Of a stretch of DNA of 48,350 bases, positions 18,116-27,717 are shown piece by piece. The position numbers and the translations under genes are program-made. Numbering within the stretch: the first letter of the stretch is position 1; each line of letters starts with the position of its first letter. The stretch comes from Nitrospiraceae bacterium (lineage in GTDB: Bacteria > Nitrospirota > Nitrospiria > Nitrospirales > Nitrospiraceae). The stretch is taken from assembly GCA_050246315.1 (NCBI GenBank), contig JBFWWG010000019.1:1-48350 (forward strand), in the 5' to 3' direction. The notes below the pieces were generated by a model that worked only from the letters and a program-made list of their open reading frames with translations, did not search any database and was not told the origin of the DNA.

Positions 18116-20961
18116 GCGAATGCCTGTGGGTCATGCCTGTTATGATGAGGCCACGGTCTCTGGCCCGCTGTTGCGACAGGAGGCCCTCTGCGCCTGATCA
18201 GCTTGCGCAGTTCATCCACCAGCAACAGGCTCAGTGCTCCAAGGGCGAGGATGGGCCAGACCCAGAGAGGAATGGCCTGTGTCGCGAACACCGCCTGCGC
18301 CCAAGGGTTGTAGACGATCAAGGCCAGGAGCGTCAGTTCGACCGCGATGCCCAGCCAGAGCAGCGGATTGGTCCAGAGACCCAAGCGAAACGCGGAGACC
18401 TGTTCGGATCGACAGGCAAAGACATTGGCGACTTGGCTCATGACGATGGCCGCCAGTGTGACAGCCGTCGCCTGTTTGTACAAGGGATCGGACCAGGGCA
18501 GCGGGTCTCCCCATGACCAGCCCTCTAGGTCAAGAAACCAGAAAAAGCCGCCGAGCGCCACCAGGGATTCCAGCAGGCCCAGAAACAGATAGGCGCGGAG
18601 GAGCAGGGCGGCGTTCATCAAGCGCTCGGTCCGCGGACGCGGCGGTTCATCCATCACGCTTTGCTGCGGAGGCTCAGAGCCCAGCGCAAGCGCCGGTACG
18701 ATGTCGGTACCGAGGTCCACGGCAAGAATCTGCGGCACGGTGATGGCGAGCGGGATACCGAAGAGGCCATACCCCAGGTACGGCACGACTTCCGGGACGT
18801 TGCTCGCCAGGACGTAGGTGCAAAATTTTCTGATGTTGGCATAGACCGTCCGGCCCTCCTCGATCGCGTTCACGATCGTGGCAAAGTTGTCGTCGAGGAG
18901 AATCATGTCGGCCGTGTCTTTGGCCACGTCCGTGCCGGCGACTCCCATCGCAATGCCGATGTCGGCCTTCTTCAGAGCGGGGGCGTCGTTGACCCCATCT
19001 CCCGTCACAGCCACGACTTCGCCCATCTCCCTCAAGGTCGCGACGATGCGCATCTTGTGTCGCGGCGCCATGCGGGCGAAGACGGGTTCCGGCTGACCAC
19101 GACCGGCGGGGGTCAGCAGGCGGCGCAAGCTCTCATCGGACATCGCCTCCATCTGCGCTCCTTCCACAACCGGAGCGAAGGAATCCGGTTGCAGCGCCGG
19201 CGACGACGGGACGAGGCCGATTTTCCGTGCGATGGCTTCCGCCGTCAGCGGGTGGTCGCCGGTGATCATGATCACCCGGACCCCCGCGCGCCGGCACTTC
19301 GCAATCGCCTCCGGCACCTCGCGATGAGGCGGGTCCATCATCGCCACCAGTCCTAAGAAAGTCAGATTCTGCTCGACGGTCTCGATATCCAACCGCTTGT
19401 CGCCCGGAGCGATCTCTCGCATCGCCACGGCGAGCACCCGATAGGCCTGTTGGGCGAAGGCCCGGCTTTGGACCAGGATCTTCCGCAGCTCATCCTGCGT
19501 CATGGGCACGCCGTCATCGTTCTGTGCGGCATGGCTACAGATCGGCAGGACCGATTCCGGCGCGCCTTTGACATAGGCGGTGAGGCGCCCGTTGATCCAG
19601 TGGAGGGTGGCCATGCGCTTGCGATCCGCGTCGAACGGCAGTTCCCCCATGCGGCCGGGGAGCTGGTGAGGCAGCGCGCCATGGTCGTCCAGAAACTCGA
19701 CGAGCGCTAATTCGGTCGGATCGCCCGTCCAGACCGTCCGACCTCCGGGCTGTCTGGCGCGCTTGGCGTTATGGCAAAGAGCCATGGCCTGGATCAGCGG
19801 ACCGAGCTGCTGCGGGTCCGCCGTGCTGGGGAGGTGATCCTTGACGACGAGCAGCCCTTCCCGAGATTCCATGACCAGACCGTTGACGTAGAGGCTCTCC
19901 ACCCTCATACGGTTCTCGGTCAAGGTGCCGGTCTTGTCCGTGCAGATCACCGTCGCACAGCCGAGCGTTTCGACGGACGGTAGATGTTTGATCAAGGCCT
20001 TGCGTCTCGCCATGCGCTGGCTGCCCATCGCAAGCGCGAGCGTGACGGTCGGCAACAGCCCTTCCGGGACGTTGGCGGCGATGATGCCGATCCCGAATAT
20101 CGCGCTGATCCAGAACCCCAGATTCATCGTGAGTCCCAGCACAAAGACCAGCAGGCCCATCGCCAGCGAAATGAGTGCGATGACCCGCGTCACTCGGACG
20201 ATTTCTTTCTGCAACGGGCTGAGCGCCGGTTCGACCGTGGTCGCCAGGTGTGCGATCCTGCCGAATTCGGTCGCCATGCCGGTGGCGTACACGACCGCGC
20301 GGCCGTGCCCCGAGAGCACGGCGGTGCCTGCAAAGACGAGGTTAGGACAATCGAGTGGGTGGGTAGTCCTGCACGCCTCCGCCATGCGGCGTTTGGGCGT
20401 GGCCTCTCCGGTCAACGCGGAATTGTCCACGCGCAATCCCGTGACCTCCACCAGCCTGGCATCGGCCGGCACCTGCTCACCCTCTTCCAGCAGGAGGACA
20501 TCTCCAGGGACGACTTCGTCGCGGGGCACTTGCTGCGGCTGACTCATTCGAATCACCCAGGCGGTGGAAGGCAGGAGCTGATGGAGCGACGCGACGGCTC
20601 GCGCGGCCCGGTACTCCTGCCACAGAGCAAAGCCGGCGTTGAGCAAGATGACGCCGACAATGGCCCAGCCCAACGAAGCCATTCCTTCGCCCGGACGCAT
20701 GGCGTCGGCGAGAAACGCCAGCAGCGCTGCCACCCAGAGGAGCAACGCGAGAAAGTGGGTGAGTTGTCGCAGCAGCCGGAGAGACCAGGGTGGTTCCCTG
20801 AATACGTGAAGGCTGTTTGGCCCGTCGCGCTGGAGTCGGCGCGACACCTCGTCCGAGGTGAGGCCGGCTGAAGCTGACTCCAGCCGGCGATACACCTCGG
20901 ATGCGTCAAGGTCGGCAAGGTCCATGACGAAGGTCTCGTGTGGAACGGCGCTCAGCGACAT
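18112..20961 (-). CDS. P-type cation-transporting ATPase (type II)
   Basis: LTGE, NVPEGL, DKTGTLT, FDADRKRM, KGAPE, DPP, MITGDH, TGDGVNDAPALKKAD. Start set at the ATG downstream of the sigma54 promoter. Confidence 0.95.
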   Translation of the reverse strand: MSLSAVPHETFVMDLADLDASEVYRRLESASAGLTSDEVSRRLQRDGPNSLHVFREPPWSLRLLRQLTHFLALLLWVAALLAFLADAMRPGEGMASLGWAIVGVILLNAGFALWQEYRAARAVASLHQLLPSTAWVIRMSQPQQVPRDEVVPGDVLLLEEGEQVPADARLVEVTGLRVDNSALTGEATPKRRMAEACRTTHPLDCPNLVFAGTAVLSGHGRAVVYATGMATEFGRIAHLATTVEPALSPLQKEIVRVTRVIALISLAMGLLVFVLGLTMNLGFWISAIFGIGIIAANVPEGLLPTVTLALAMGSQRMARRKALIKHLPSVETLGCATVICTDKTGTLTENRMRVESLYVNGLVMESREGLLVVKDHLPSTADPQQLGPLIQAMALCHNAKRARQPGGRTVWTGDPTELALVEFLDDHGALPHQLPGRMGELPFDADRKRMATLHWINGRLTAYVKGAPESVLPICSHAAQNDDGVPMTQDELRKILVQSRAFAQQAYRVLAVAMREIAPGDKRLDIETVEQNLTFLGLVAMMDPPHREVPEAIAKCRRAGVRVIMITGDHPLTAEAIARKIGLVPSSPALQPDSFAPVVEGAQMEAMSDESLRRLLTPAGRGQPEPVFARMAPRHKMRIVATLREMGEVVAVTGDGVNDAPALKKADIGIAMGVAGTDVAKDTADMILLDDNFATIVNAIEEGRTVYANIRKFCTYVLASNVPEVVPYLGYGLFGIPLAITVPQILAVDLGTDIVPALALGSEPPQQSVMDEPPRPRTERLMNAALLLRAYLFLGLLESLVALGGFFWFLDLEGWSWGDPLPWSDPLYKQATAVTLAAIVMSQVANVFACRSEQVSAFRLGLWTNPLLWLGIAVELTLLALIVYNPWAQAVFATQAIPLWVWPILALGALSLLLVDELRKLIRRRGPPVATAGQRPWPHHNRHDPQAFA

Positions 20962-21018
20962 GGCTGCCTGACGACGATGTGGTGACCTCGCCCTATGCTT
21001 GTTATGACGTTGAGCAAT

Positions 21019-21034
21019 TGCACTGGGAATGCCA
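21019..21034 (-). promoter_or_regulatory. sigma54 promoter
   Basis: TGGCATTCCCAGTGCA (GG-N10-GC) upstream of the ATPase operon. Confidence 0.65.
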
Positions 21035-21266
21035 GCCGACCGGACTTCCACGCACACGGCACCGAAGCTACTGTGGGGACGACGAAATATGGATGAAGTG
21101 CCGAAAGCATCGGCCGGAGGAGTTGTGAGGCGCGTCTGCCGGCAGCCGATTTCCTCTGGATGACTCTTCCTGCTCGACTGTAGCCTTTCGCACCAGGTCC
21201 CGACTCTCTATGGGGTGATAGGCGTCATCATGGGCGTCGGTCCGTGCGAAATCATGGTTGATGGAG

Positions 21267-21282
21267 TGGCACCTGACTTGCG
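21267..21282 (+). promoter_or_regulatory. sigma54 promoter
   Basis: TGGCACCTGACTTGCG, near-consensus; divergent partner of 21019-21034. Confidence 0.8.
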
Positions 21283-21365
21283 TAACGTTGTCGAGTAAAC
21301 GGACCCGCGCCTGGGTTCTGTACCGGTTCATGAACAGCTCTGAAAGAAGTGGACGAGGAGCGGCC

Positions 21366-21920
21366 ATGTCTCAACCCTTTGCCGTCTGGCTCACCGGGTT
21401 ACCTGCATCGGGCAAGAGTACGATCGCAGCCAAGTTGAAGCGGGCGCTGGCTGAAGCGGGGCTGAATGCGGAGGTGCTCGAATCCGATGCGTTGCGCCGA
21501 GTTCTGACGCCGGAGCCGACCTACAGTTTGGAAGAACGGGATCTCTTTTACCGGGCGCTCGCCTATTTCGGCAGCCGGCTTGCCGCCCATGGGGTGCCGG
21601 TGCTGTTCGATGCGACCGGCCACCGGCGGGTGTATCGCGAGTTGGCTCGGTCGCTCATTCCCCAATTCTTGGAGGTCGCGATCGTCTGTCCGCTCGCCGT
21701 GTGCGAGTCCCGGGACAAGAAAGGGACGTACCGAGGCGGCTATTCCGGCAAGAGTGCAACGGTGCCGGGCCTGCAGGTCAACTATGAGCCGCCGCTCAGT
21801 CCGGACGTGACGGTCGATACGACCGTCACCGCTGCCGGCCCCGCCGCCGAGGCGATCATGCAGACCTTGCGGGAGCGAGGCTGGCTCGCACAGGCCCGCG
21901 ATTTCCAGCCGAAAACGTGA
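21366..21920 (+). CDS. Adenylyl-sulfate-kinase-like P-loop kinase
   Basis: WLTGLPASGKST, CPLAVCESRDKKGTY, YEPP; RBS gaggag; divergent LESD in place of LDGD. Confidence 0.8.
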   Translation: MSQPFAVWLTGLPASGKSTIAAKLKRALAEAGLNAEVLESDALRRVLTPEPTYSLEERDLFYRALAYFGSRLAAHGVPVLFDATGHRRVYRELARSLIPQFLEVAIVCPLAVCESRDKKGTYRGGYSGKSATVPGLQVNYEPPLSPDVTVDTTVTAAGPAAEAIMQTLRERGWLAQARDFQPKT

Positions 21921-22051
21921 GACGTAGCCTGCCGGGTAAGACGTGGCTTCGAGCGGCGACGATCACCGATCACAGAAGGAACCCCTTATAACCAGCACAG
22001 AACCGGACGGCGGACATTGTTCCTTCGGAGCGGTTATGGTATTCAGATCGC

Positions 22052-22414
22052 ATGACTCGTGCCGCTTTGACTCCACGATGGATGCTGATCGGCTGGCTGG
22101 CGGTGCTGCTGGCCGGCGTCGTCACCGGAGATTTCGTCGTGGACGCGGCATTCGAACGGCCGGATATCGCCGCTTCGGCCGAGGCGGATGCCGAGTCGGA
22201 AGAACCCGAGGACAGCGGCGAGCATCTGCTCGTGCCATCACCAAAGGGCGAGACGGGAACTGAGTTCACGTCTCTCCATTCGCCTGTCGATGCCCACGCC
22301 GGCCTCCTGACGCTATCGCCCTGTACGTTCCCCGGTGGTCGAGATGTTCACGTCTCGCTGATCGAGTTCGACAGCCATCCTCCTCCCTGTTTCCTCCTTC
22401 CGCTGCGTATTTGA
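22052..22414 (+). CDS. Hypothetical protein with N-terminal hydrophobic helix
   Basis: ORF with TM-like N-terminus and acidic stretch; no family recognised. Confidence 0.45.
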   Translation: MTRAALTPRWMLIGWLAVLLAGVVTGDFVVDAAFERPDIAASAEADAESEEPEDSGEHLLVPSPKGETGTEFTSLHSPVDAHAGLLTLSPCTFPGGRDVHVSLIEFDSHPPPCFLLPLRI

Positions 22415-22503
22415 TCCGCATCGATTGTCTCCATCCATAGGACTGGTCTGTTCGTTCGAACAGTCGCCAGACGCACCGTCTTGTCTTGTCCATGGAGGCT
22501 CTC

Positions 22504-23799
22504 ATGCGGATATTCCTTGCGATTCGGGAACGCCGTGGTTATCCCGCGGCCGTGCTTTATTTTACGCTGTGCTCTTGCTGGCTGAACCTGATAGGCATCG
22601 CTGCCGCCCAAGATCGGACCCTCGATGCCGATCCCGTCTGGATCGAGAGTACGGAGATCCGGGGCCTGGTCCGTACGAAAGAAGAAACGATCTGGAAGCT
22701 GCTGCCGCGACCGGTACCGGGACGATTCACCCCGGAGGAGATCAAGGAATTTGAGCGGCGCATCCGGAACCTGAGTCTGTTCGATCACGTGGACGTTGCC
22801 GTTCGTGGCCATCGGGTGGTCGTGGACGCCCACGAGAAATTCACGCTGTCTCCCATTTTGAGTTTCACGAGCGGCAGCACCTTCAAAGATTTGAATGCGA
22901 CGGGAGGACTGGTCGAATACAACCTAGGCGGAACCGGCACACAACTGGGAGCGAAATTCAACTACAGCCAACGGGGACCCAACGTCGAGATGTGGTTGTC
23001 TCAGCATTCATTTCAACCGGATCGATTCGCCAAGGAACTGATCGGCTTTTACCGCAATAACGGCATCCGGTTCGAGGACTCGACGAATTCCTGGACGCGC
23101 AGTCGTTTTGGAGGGGAACTCGAAGTGAAGGGACCCTATGCCTATGGATCGCCGTTTCGCTATGAGGTGGTGTTCGAGTTGTACCGAGAACTCATCGACG
23201 ACCGAACCACCTCGGGGCCTCCCAACGGCTATTATATTGGTATTGCTCCGGAACTCGTCTGGGACAAGTACCATTGGCACGATCTGGTCCCCAAGGGGTA
23301 CCGGGTGACGTTGGAACTACGCCCAGGCTATTTCCTCGGCCCGAACCAAGCCCGCCACGAGATCCGCCTGCAATATCTCCAGGGCGTTCCTCTGGGCGCC
23401 AAGACGGTCTTTATGATCAACGGCGTTGCGGAGGCTGTGAACAAATCCGGCAATCCGAATCACAGTCTGTTGATCGGCAGCATCGCCGGAGTCCGCGGCC
23501 TCTCGGACAATCTGTATCGCAATCGGGCTCAAGCCTACGTGAACCTGGAAGTGCGCCATGCCATTGCATTGGCGCCTCGTTGGGCGATCCAGGGCGTCCT
23601 GTTCTCCGACCTTGGCGCCTTTGAATCGTTTTTGGAGGACGGAAACACACAGGCATGGCGAGGAGCGGCGAACACCGGCGGCGGGTTCCGCCTGATCCCA
23701 ACTTTCTTGGCCAACACGCTGCTGCGAGTCGATGTGGCCCACCTGTGGTCCCCAAGTCCCGACTGGCTGGTGCAATTCGGCATTACGCAGTACTTTTAA
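22504..23799 (+). CDS. Omp85/BamA-TamA-like outer-membrane protein (POTRA plus beta-barrel)
   Basis: IEIRGLVRTKE-like POTRA, RIRNLSLF, VRG loop motif, NLEVRH, C-terminal FGITQYF. Confidence 0.75.
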   Translation: MRIFLAIRERRGYPAAVLYFTLCSCWLNLIGIAAAQDRTLDADPVWIESTEIRGLVRTKEETIWKLLPRPVPGRFTPEEIKEFERRIRNLSLFDHVDVAVRGHRVVVDAHEKFTLSPILSFTSGSTFKDLNATGGLVEYNLGGTGTQLGAKFNYSQRGPNVEMWLSQHSFQPDRFAKELIGFYRNNGIRFEDSTNSWTRSRFGGELEVKGPYAYGSPFRYEVVFELYRELIDDRTTSGPPNGYYIGIAPELVWDKYHWHDLVPKGYRVTLELRPGYFLGPNQARHEIRLQYLQGVPLGAKTVFMINGVAEAVNKSGNPNHSLLIGSIAGVRGLSDNLYRNRAQAYVNLEVRHAIALAPRWAIQGVLFSDLGAFESFLEDGNTQAWRGAANTGGGFRLIPTFLANTLLRVDVAHLWSPSPDWLVQFGITQYF

Positions 23800-23982
23800 G
23801 CCACATTCTTTGTGACGGTTCGTTACGTCCACCCATTGCAGCAAGAAGCGCAACGGGTACTAGGCAGTGGCCGGAATAGCTGGGCGCTCAGTTGGGTCTG
23901 TCATTGGAGAAAAGCACCGAAGACCGGTTGGCTTCTTCTACATACATTGTCTACACTTACGGTGTACATGATAGGGGGATGC

Positions 23983-24219
23983 ATGGGCTCGATCAATGTG
24001 AAAGAAACACGCCGACTCTTAAAAAGCCTGCTCGATCGTGCCGAGGCCGGTGAAACGATCACCATCGCGCGCCGTGGCGAAGTGGTCGCCAGGTTGGTGC
24101 CTCCATCTCGCCGGCCTCGTCGCCTCCCGTCGCTCGTCGCCTTGCGGCGTTCGATCAAACGAAAGGGACGCGCGTTGAGCCGTATCGTGATCGACTCGCG
24201 TCTGGACGAGCGCGCGTGA
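23983..24219 (+). CDS. Phd/YefM-family antitoxin
   Basis: INVKETRR..SLLDRAEAGETITIARRGEVVARLVP; palindrome tacac-N5-gtgta at 23952-23966. Confidence 0.92.
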   Translation: MGSINVKETRRLLKSLLDRAEAGETITIARRGEVVARLVPPSRRPRRLPSLVALRRSIKRKGRALSRIVIDSRLDERA

Positions 24220-24656
24220 CCGTTTATGTGGACGTCAGCGTCATCGCCGCCTACTACTGCCCCGAACCGTTGAGCTTGGTCGCCGAGCGGACCTTGCGGA
24301 GTGTGGCCGCTCCGACGATCAGCGTACTGACCCTTGTCGAATTCGCCTCAGCCGTGTCCCGAAAGATTCGGGAGAAGTCGCTGTCTCGCGAGAGCGGTGT
24401 GAGAGTGATGGCCCAATTCGAAGCGCACGTCGAAGAGGGGTACTACGATGTGCTGTCTCTGAAGGCGCGTGACTATCGTTTGGCCAAGTCCTGGTTGGGG
24501 CAATTCCAAGGGACGCTCCGTACGCTCGATGCCCTCCATCTCTCCGCGGCCGAGGCCGCCGCGGCGTCGGTGCTGACCGCCGACCGGCGGCTAGCCACAG
24601 AAGCGAGAAATCTGGGCCTACCGGTCAAACCGCTTGTCATCGGACGTGTGGCGTAG
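24216..24656 (+). CDS. vapC: VapC PIN-domain toxin
   Basis: VYVDVS, VEFASA, LRTLDALHL, TADRRL; GTGA overlap with the antitoxin. Confidence 0.92.
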   Translation: MTVYVDVSVIAAYYCPEPLSLVAERTLRSVAAPTISVLTLVEFASAVSRKIREKSLSRESGVRVMAQFEAHVEEGYYDVLSLKARDYRLAKSWLGQFQGTLRTLDALHLSAAEAAAASVLTADRRLATEARNLGLPVKPLVIGRVA

Positions 24657-24794
24657 AGCGGTTCGCGCTGTGCGGATTATGCAAGCTCACCGGCAGACGT
24701 CCCGCAGCATTCCTTCGGCTCACCCGAAACATTCATGCCGCAACTGGAGGAGGAAGTCCGGGACGGAGTCGTGGTGCCCGTGGAGGACGATCGC

Positions 24795-24890
24795 GCAAGG
24801 CGTCGCCGTCTACCGCTTGCTATGCCGTAACGCAGTGCTCTTGTTGGAAAGGTTGGGCGCTTCCTGATTGTAAAGTTCAAGACCTGACCT
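24795..24890 (+). repeat. 96-bp repeated unit, copy 1, ending AAGACCTGACCT
   Basis: Aligns without gaps to 25894-25989 (about 15 mismatches by eye); more motif copies at 24899 and 24927. Confidence 0.85.
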
Positions 24891-25070
24891 CATTTTGTGA
24901 CATGACCCCGTTTTGTGACAAAAGGCAAGACGTGACCCTGTTTGGGATGCTTCTTTCCGAGACCTATCTCCGTTTTTCTCCCGAGGTTGATTGAACCGCC
25001 GAAAGCCATGCGACATTGAGGCGCTTTACCCGGCCATGATACAGTAAAGCGAGACTGTGGAGGGTACGGC

Positions 25071-25289
25071 ATGGCCGTTCAGCGGCTGAGCAGTAAGAAC
25101 CAGATTGTCATTCCGAAGGAAGCCCGGCAGGCGATGGGCGTGAAAGGCGGCGATGAGTTGCTGGTCGTCGTGAAGGATGACGTGACGATCGTGATGCCGA
25201 AGCCCAAACGCTACACGAGTGCCTTGCGCGGTCTGACCAAAGGAACGTATTCGCCCGACCACCTCAAGCGGGAACGGCGCTCTTGGTAG
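25071..25289 (+). CDS. AbrB/MazE-family antitoxin
   Basis: LSSKNQIVIPKEARQAMGVKGGDEL. Confidence 0.92.
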   Translation: MAVQRLSSKNQIVIPKEARQAMGVKGGDELLVVVKDDVTIVMPKPKRYTSALRGLTKGTYSPDHLKRERRSW

Positions 25290-25747
25290 CAGGTGCTCCT
25301 CTGCGCGGACTGCCAGCCGAGCACGAGCGAATCGGCCTCGACACCAACCTCTTCATTTACTTCCTTGAGGATCATCCTCGCTACGGAGCATGGTGCGCCG
25401 CGCTCTTCGATCGTCTCGATCGGCGGCGAACTACGGCGATGACTTCCACGGTGACACTTCTCGAACTCTTGGTCCAGCCATATCGCCAACAGAAGGAGGA
25501 TCTGGCACAGAAGATTTTCGCGCTGACCACCACGTACCCGAATCTGGTGTGGATGCCCGTCAGTCTTGAGGTGGCCGACCGCGCGGCCGAACTCCGAGCC
25601 CGTTATCGTCTGGCCACGCCGGATGCGATTCAGGTCGCGACCGCGCTGGTGCATCAGGCCAGGCGATTTTATGGGAACGACAAGACCCTGAGGCGAGTCA
25701 GGGACATCGAGTGTGTGACCCTGGACGAGCTGCTTGGCCCCCAGTGA
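25283..25747 (+). CDS. vapC: VapC PIN-domain toxin
   Basis: LDTNLFIY, TLLELLV, LATPDAIQVATA, GNDKTL; overlaps the antitoxin. Confidence 0.92.
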   Translation: MVAGAPLRGLPAEHERIGLDTNLFIYFLEDHPRYGAWCAALFDRLDRRRTTAMTSTVTLLELLVQPYRQQKEDLAQKIFALTTTYPNLVWMPVSLEVADRAAELRARYRLATPDAIQVATALVHQARRFYGNDKTLRRVRDIECVTLDELLGPQ

Positions 25748-25893
25748 GCTGCCCCGCCCAAAGTACCCGCGAGCTTGGTCACGATGTTGTCCGTCTCGGT
25801 GAAATCCTCCTGCCACAACTTCCGATCATGCCATCGTAGCCCTGGCCGAAGGCTAGGGCAGAGAGAGCCGTGGTTATCGGCGAAGATAAGCGA

Positions 25894-25989
25894 GCGAGGC
25901 GGCACCGTCTGCCACTTGCCACGCCGTAACGCTGTGCTCTCGTCGGAAAGGTCGGGCGCTTCCCGATTGCAAAGTTCAAGACATGACCC
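25894..25989 (+). repeat. 96-bp repeated unit, copy 2, ending AAGACATGACCC
   Basis: Direct repeat of 24795-24890. Confidence 0.85.
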
Positions 25990-25994
25990 TATTC

Positions 25995-26155
25995 CGTGCT
26001 CCATTTGGCGGAATGACGACGTTCATGCCCCGCACCCGTGCCAGTTTACGGAGGGCATCGGTATCATAGCCTGTGCCCGCGATCAGATGATCGGCATCGA
26101 TCCCCTCGATCAGGCGGCCAGCCTGTGTGCAATCCGCTGCGGGACCTTGTGCACA
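25995..26155 (-). pseudogene. Internal fragment of an IS5-family DDE transposase
   Basis: Minus strand reads AQGPAADCTQAGRLIEGIDADHLIAGTGYDTDALRKLARVRGMNVVIPP, a degenerate ADxGYD...VIPP motif. Confidence 0.75.
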
Positions 26156-26392
26156 ATGAAAGACCTGACCCTGTTTTGGGGTTCCGGACCAGGGTGCTTG
26201 ACTCCAATGTCTCTACCGAACTGAGACACCACGTCACACCATGCCTCGTTCCGCCATCACATGGGGCCGCCGCTAAACCATATTCCTCCGTGCGGGGTAC
26301 TTCTTTGATCTGGATCAGAAAACGTGAAGACAAAGGTGTCAGGAACCCTTTTCGTGGAGTCGGCGGGGACGCGGTACGCGGCCGTCCTGCCG

Positions 26393-26794
26393 CTACTTTT
26401 TGAAGAGATTGTCGAACGCGCGGCGAGCATCCTGAGGATGCCCTGATCCCGCCGAGGTCTCGCGCTCAACGGTTGTGCGCAGGGAAAGGAAGGGGCACTC
26501 GTTGCGAGCGCGCTTGTCGGCGATGCGCTCTGGGATCGGCTGCGTACATTCGAATCGTTGGCCCGGCGCGAAGTGCGCGCACTGCTGGCAGGCATGCAGC
26601 TCGGCTTGGCACTTGGGACATTGGCCGCCGGCATCGGTCAACGGCGGAAGTGGCGTACCGCAGTCTGCGCAGCGGACGACGGTTCGCGTCTGAAGCGGCG
26701 CGGGCGTGCGCGACCCGGACGGCCCCTCCGGCTTTCCTCTTCCTCCCCGTTCGGATTCCCGATAGCCTCGCTGGCCGTATTTTCTGTCCGTCAT
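26393..26794 (-). CDS. Cys-rich hypothetical protein, copy 1
   Basis: CADC, CPKC, CQQC plus two more Cys; near-identical to 27718-28119. Confidence 0.8.
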   Translation of the reverse strand: MTDRKYGQRGYRESERGGRGKPEGPSGSRTPAPLQTRTVVRCADCGTPLPPLTDAGGQCPKCQAELHACQQCAHFAPGQRFECTQPIPERIADKRARNECPFLSLRTTVERETSAGSGHPQDARRAFDNLFKK

Positions 26795-27081
26795 CGCGAT
26801 CACCCCAGATAGCCAACTTTAGTCTACCCTTTCTGAAATTCGTCCGCGAGTGGCGTGCCGTGACGGCCTGCGGCATGAGCCGCACGCGCCTTACTGCGAC
26901 TCGCCAAACATGCGCTCAAAAGAACGAAACCTGCTTGCCGCCTATCTATGAATGACGCATGACGCTTGACGAAGTCGAGAAAAAGGTCGGGAGTCTTTGT
27001 TGTCCCGCCTGGTCCGTGCCCGGCTCTACGTTGCTTTCTCGCCACTGGTTGTTTAGAATTTCAGCAGCTGAAGGATTCGTT

Positions 27082-27303
27082 ATGACCCTGCCAAAACATC
27101 CTCTCCTCACCTCGAGCCCCGATGTCATGGGCGGCACAGCGGTGTTTCGTGGGACCCGCGTGCCTGTCCAAACCCTCATTGAGTATTTGGAGGGAGGGCA
27201 GACGATCGACGATTTCCTCCAAGGATTTCCGACCGTCACGCGTGAGCAGGTCATCGCCTTTCTCGAAGAGGCCAAGGCCCGAATGGTGGCCGTCGCTTCG
27301 TGA
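27082..27303 (+). CDS. DUF433-family antitoxin
   Basis: PDVMGGTAVFRGTRVPV...DDFLQGFPTVTREQV. Confidence 0.92.
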   Translation: MTLPKHPLLTSSPDVMGGTAVFRGTRVPVQTLIEYLEGGQTIDDFLQGFPTVTREQVIAFLEEAKARMVAVAS

Positions 27304-27620
27304 AGGTCCTCCTGGACGAGTGCATTGACCGTCGTTTGGCTAAAGAGATTGAGGGCCATAACGTGGTCACTGTGCCGCAAGCCGGTTGGGCCGGCATCAA
27401 GAACGGGGATCTGCTGAGGCTGGCTCAGGACCAGTTTGATGTGTTCGTGACGGTTGACAGAAATCTTTCCTTCCAACAAAGTCTTCCGCAATTCGCCATC
27501 GCTGTCATTGTCCTTCGGACGCCAACGAATCGTCTGAAAGATCTTTGCCTTTTGGTTCCCCAACTCCAACAGATATTGCCATTGGTTCCCAAGGGACAAG
27601 TGCGCTGGGTGAGTCTGTAG
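27300..27620 (+). CDS. DUF5615 PIN-like toxin
   Basis: MKVLLDECI...GWAGIKNGDLL...FVTVDRNL; GTGA overlap. Confidence 0.9.
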   Translation: MKVLLDECIDRRLAKEIEGHNVVTVPQAGWAGIKNGDLLRLAQDQFDVFVTVDRNLSFQQSLPQFAIAVIVLRTPTNRLKDLCLLVPQLQQILPLVPKGQVRWVSL

Positions 27621-27717
27621 AGTACGCTTCGCCGAATGGCAATTAGGGACAGAAAAGGGTCTGGAAGTTGTTCTCGTTGAGTCAGTTGGATCCGCGGGGA
27701 GTGGCCGCCCTGGCTCG

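Noticed and set aside
21366..21920. Calling the kinase cysC of sulfate assimilation
   Set aside because: Divergent motifs and no sat/cysDN/cysH neighbours; left as CysC-like.
23950..27620. Integron cassette array
   Set aside because: No convincing attC (RYYYAAC...GTTRRRY) pairs and no integrase seen.
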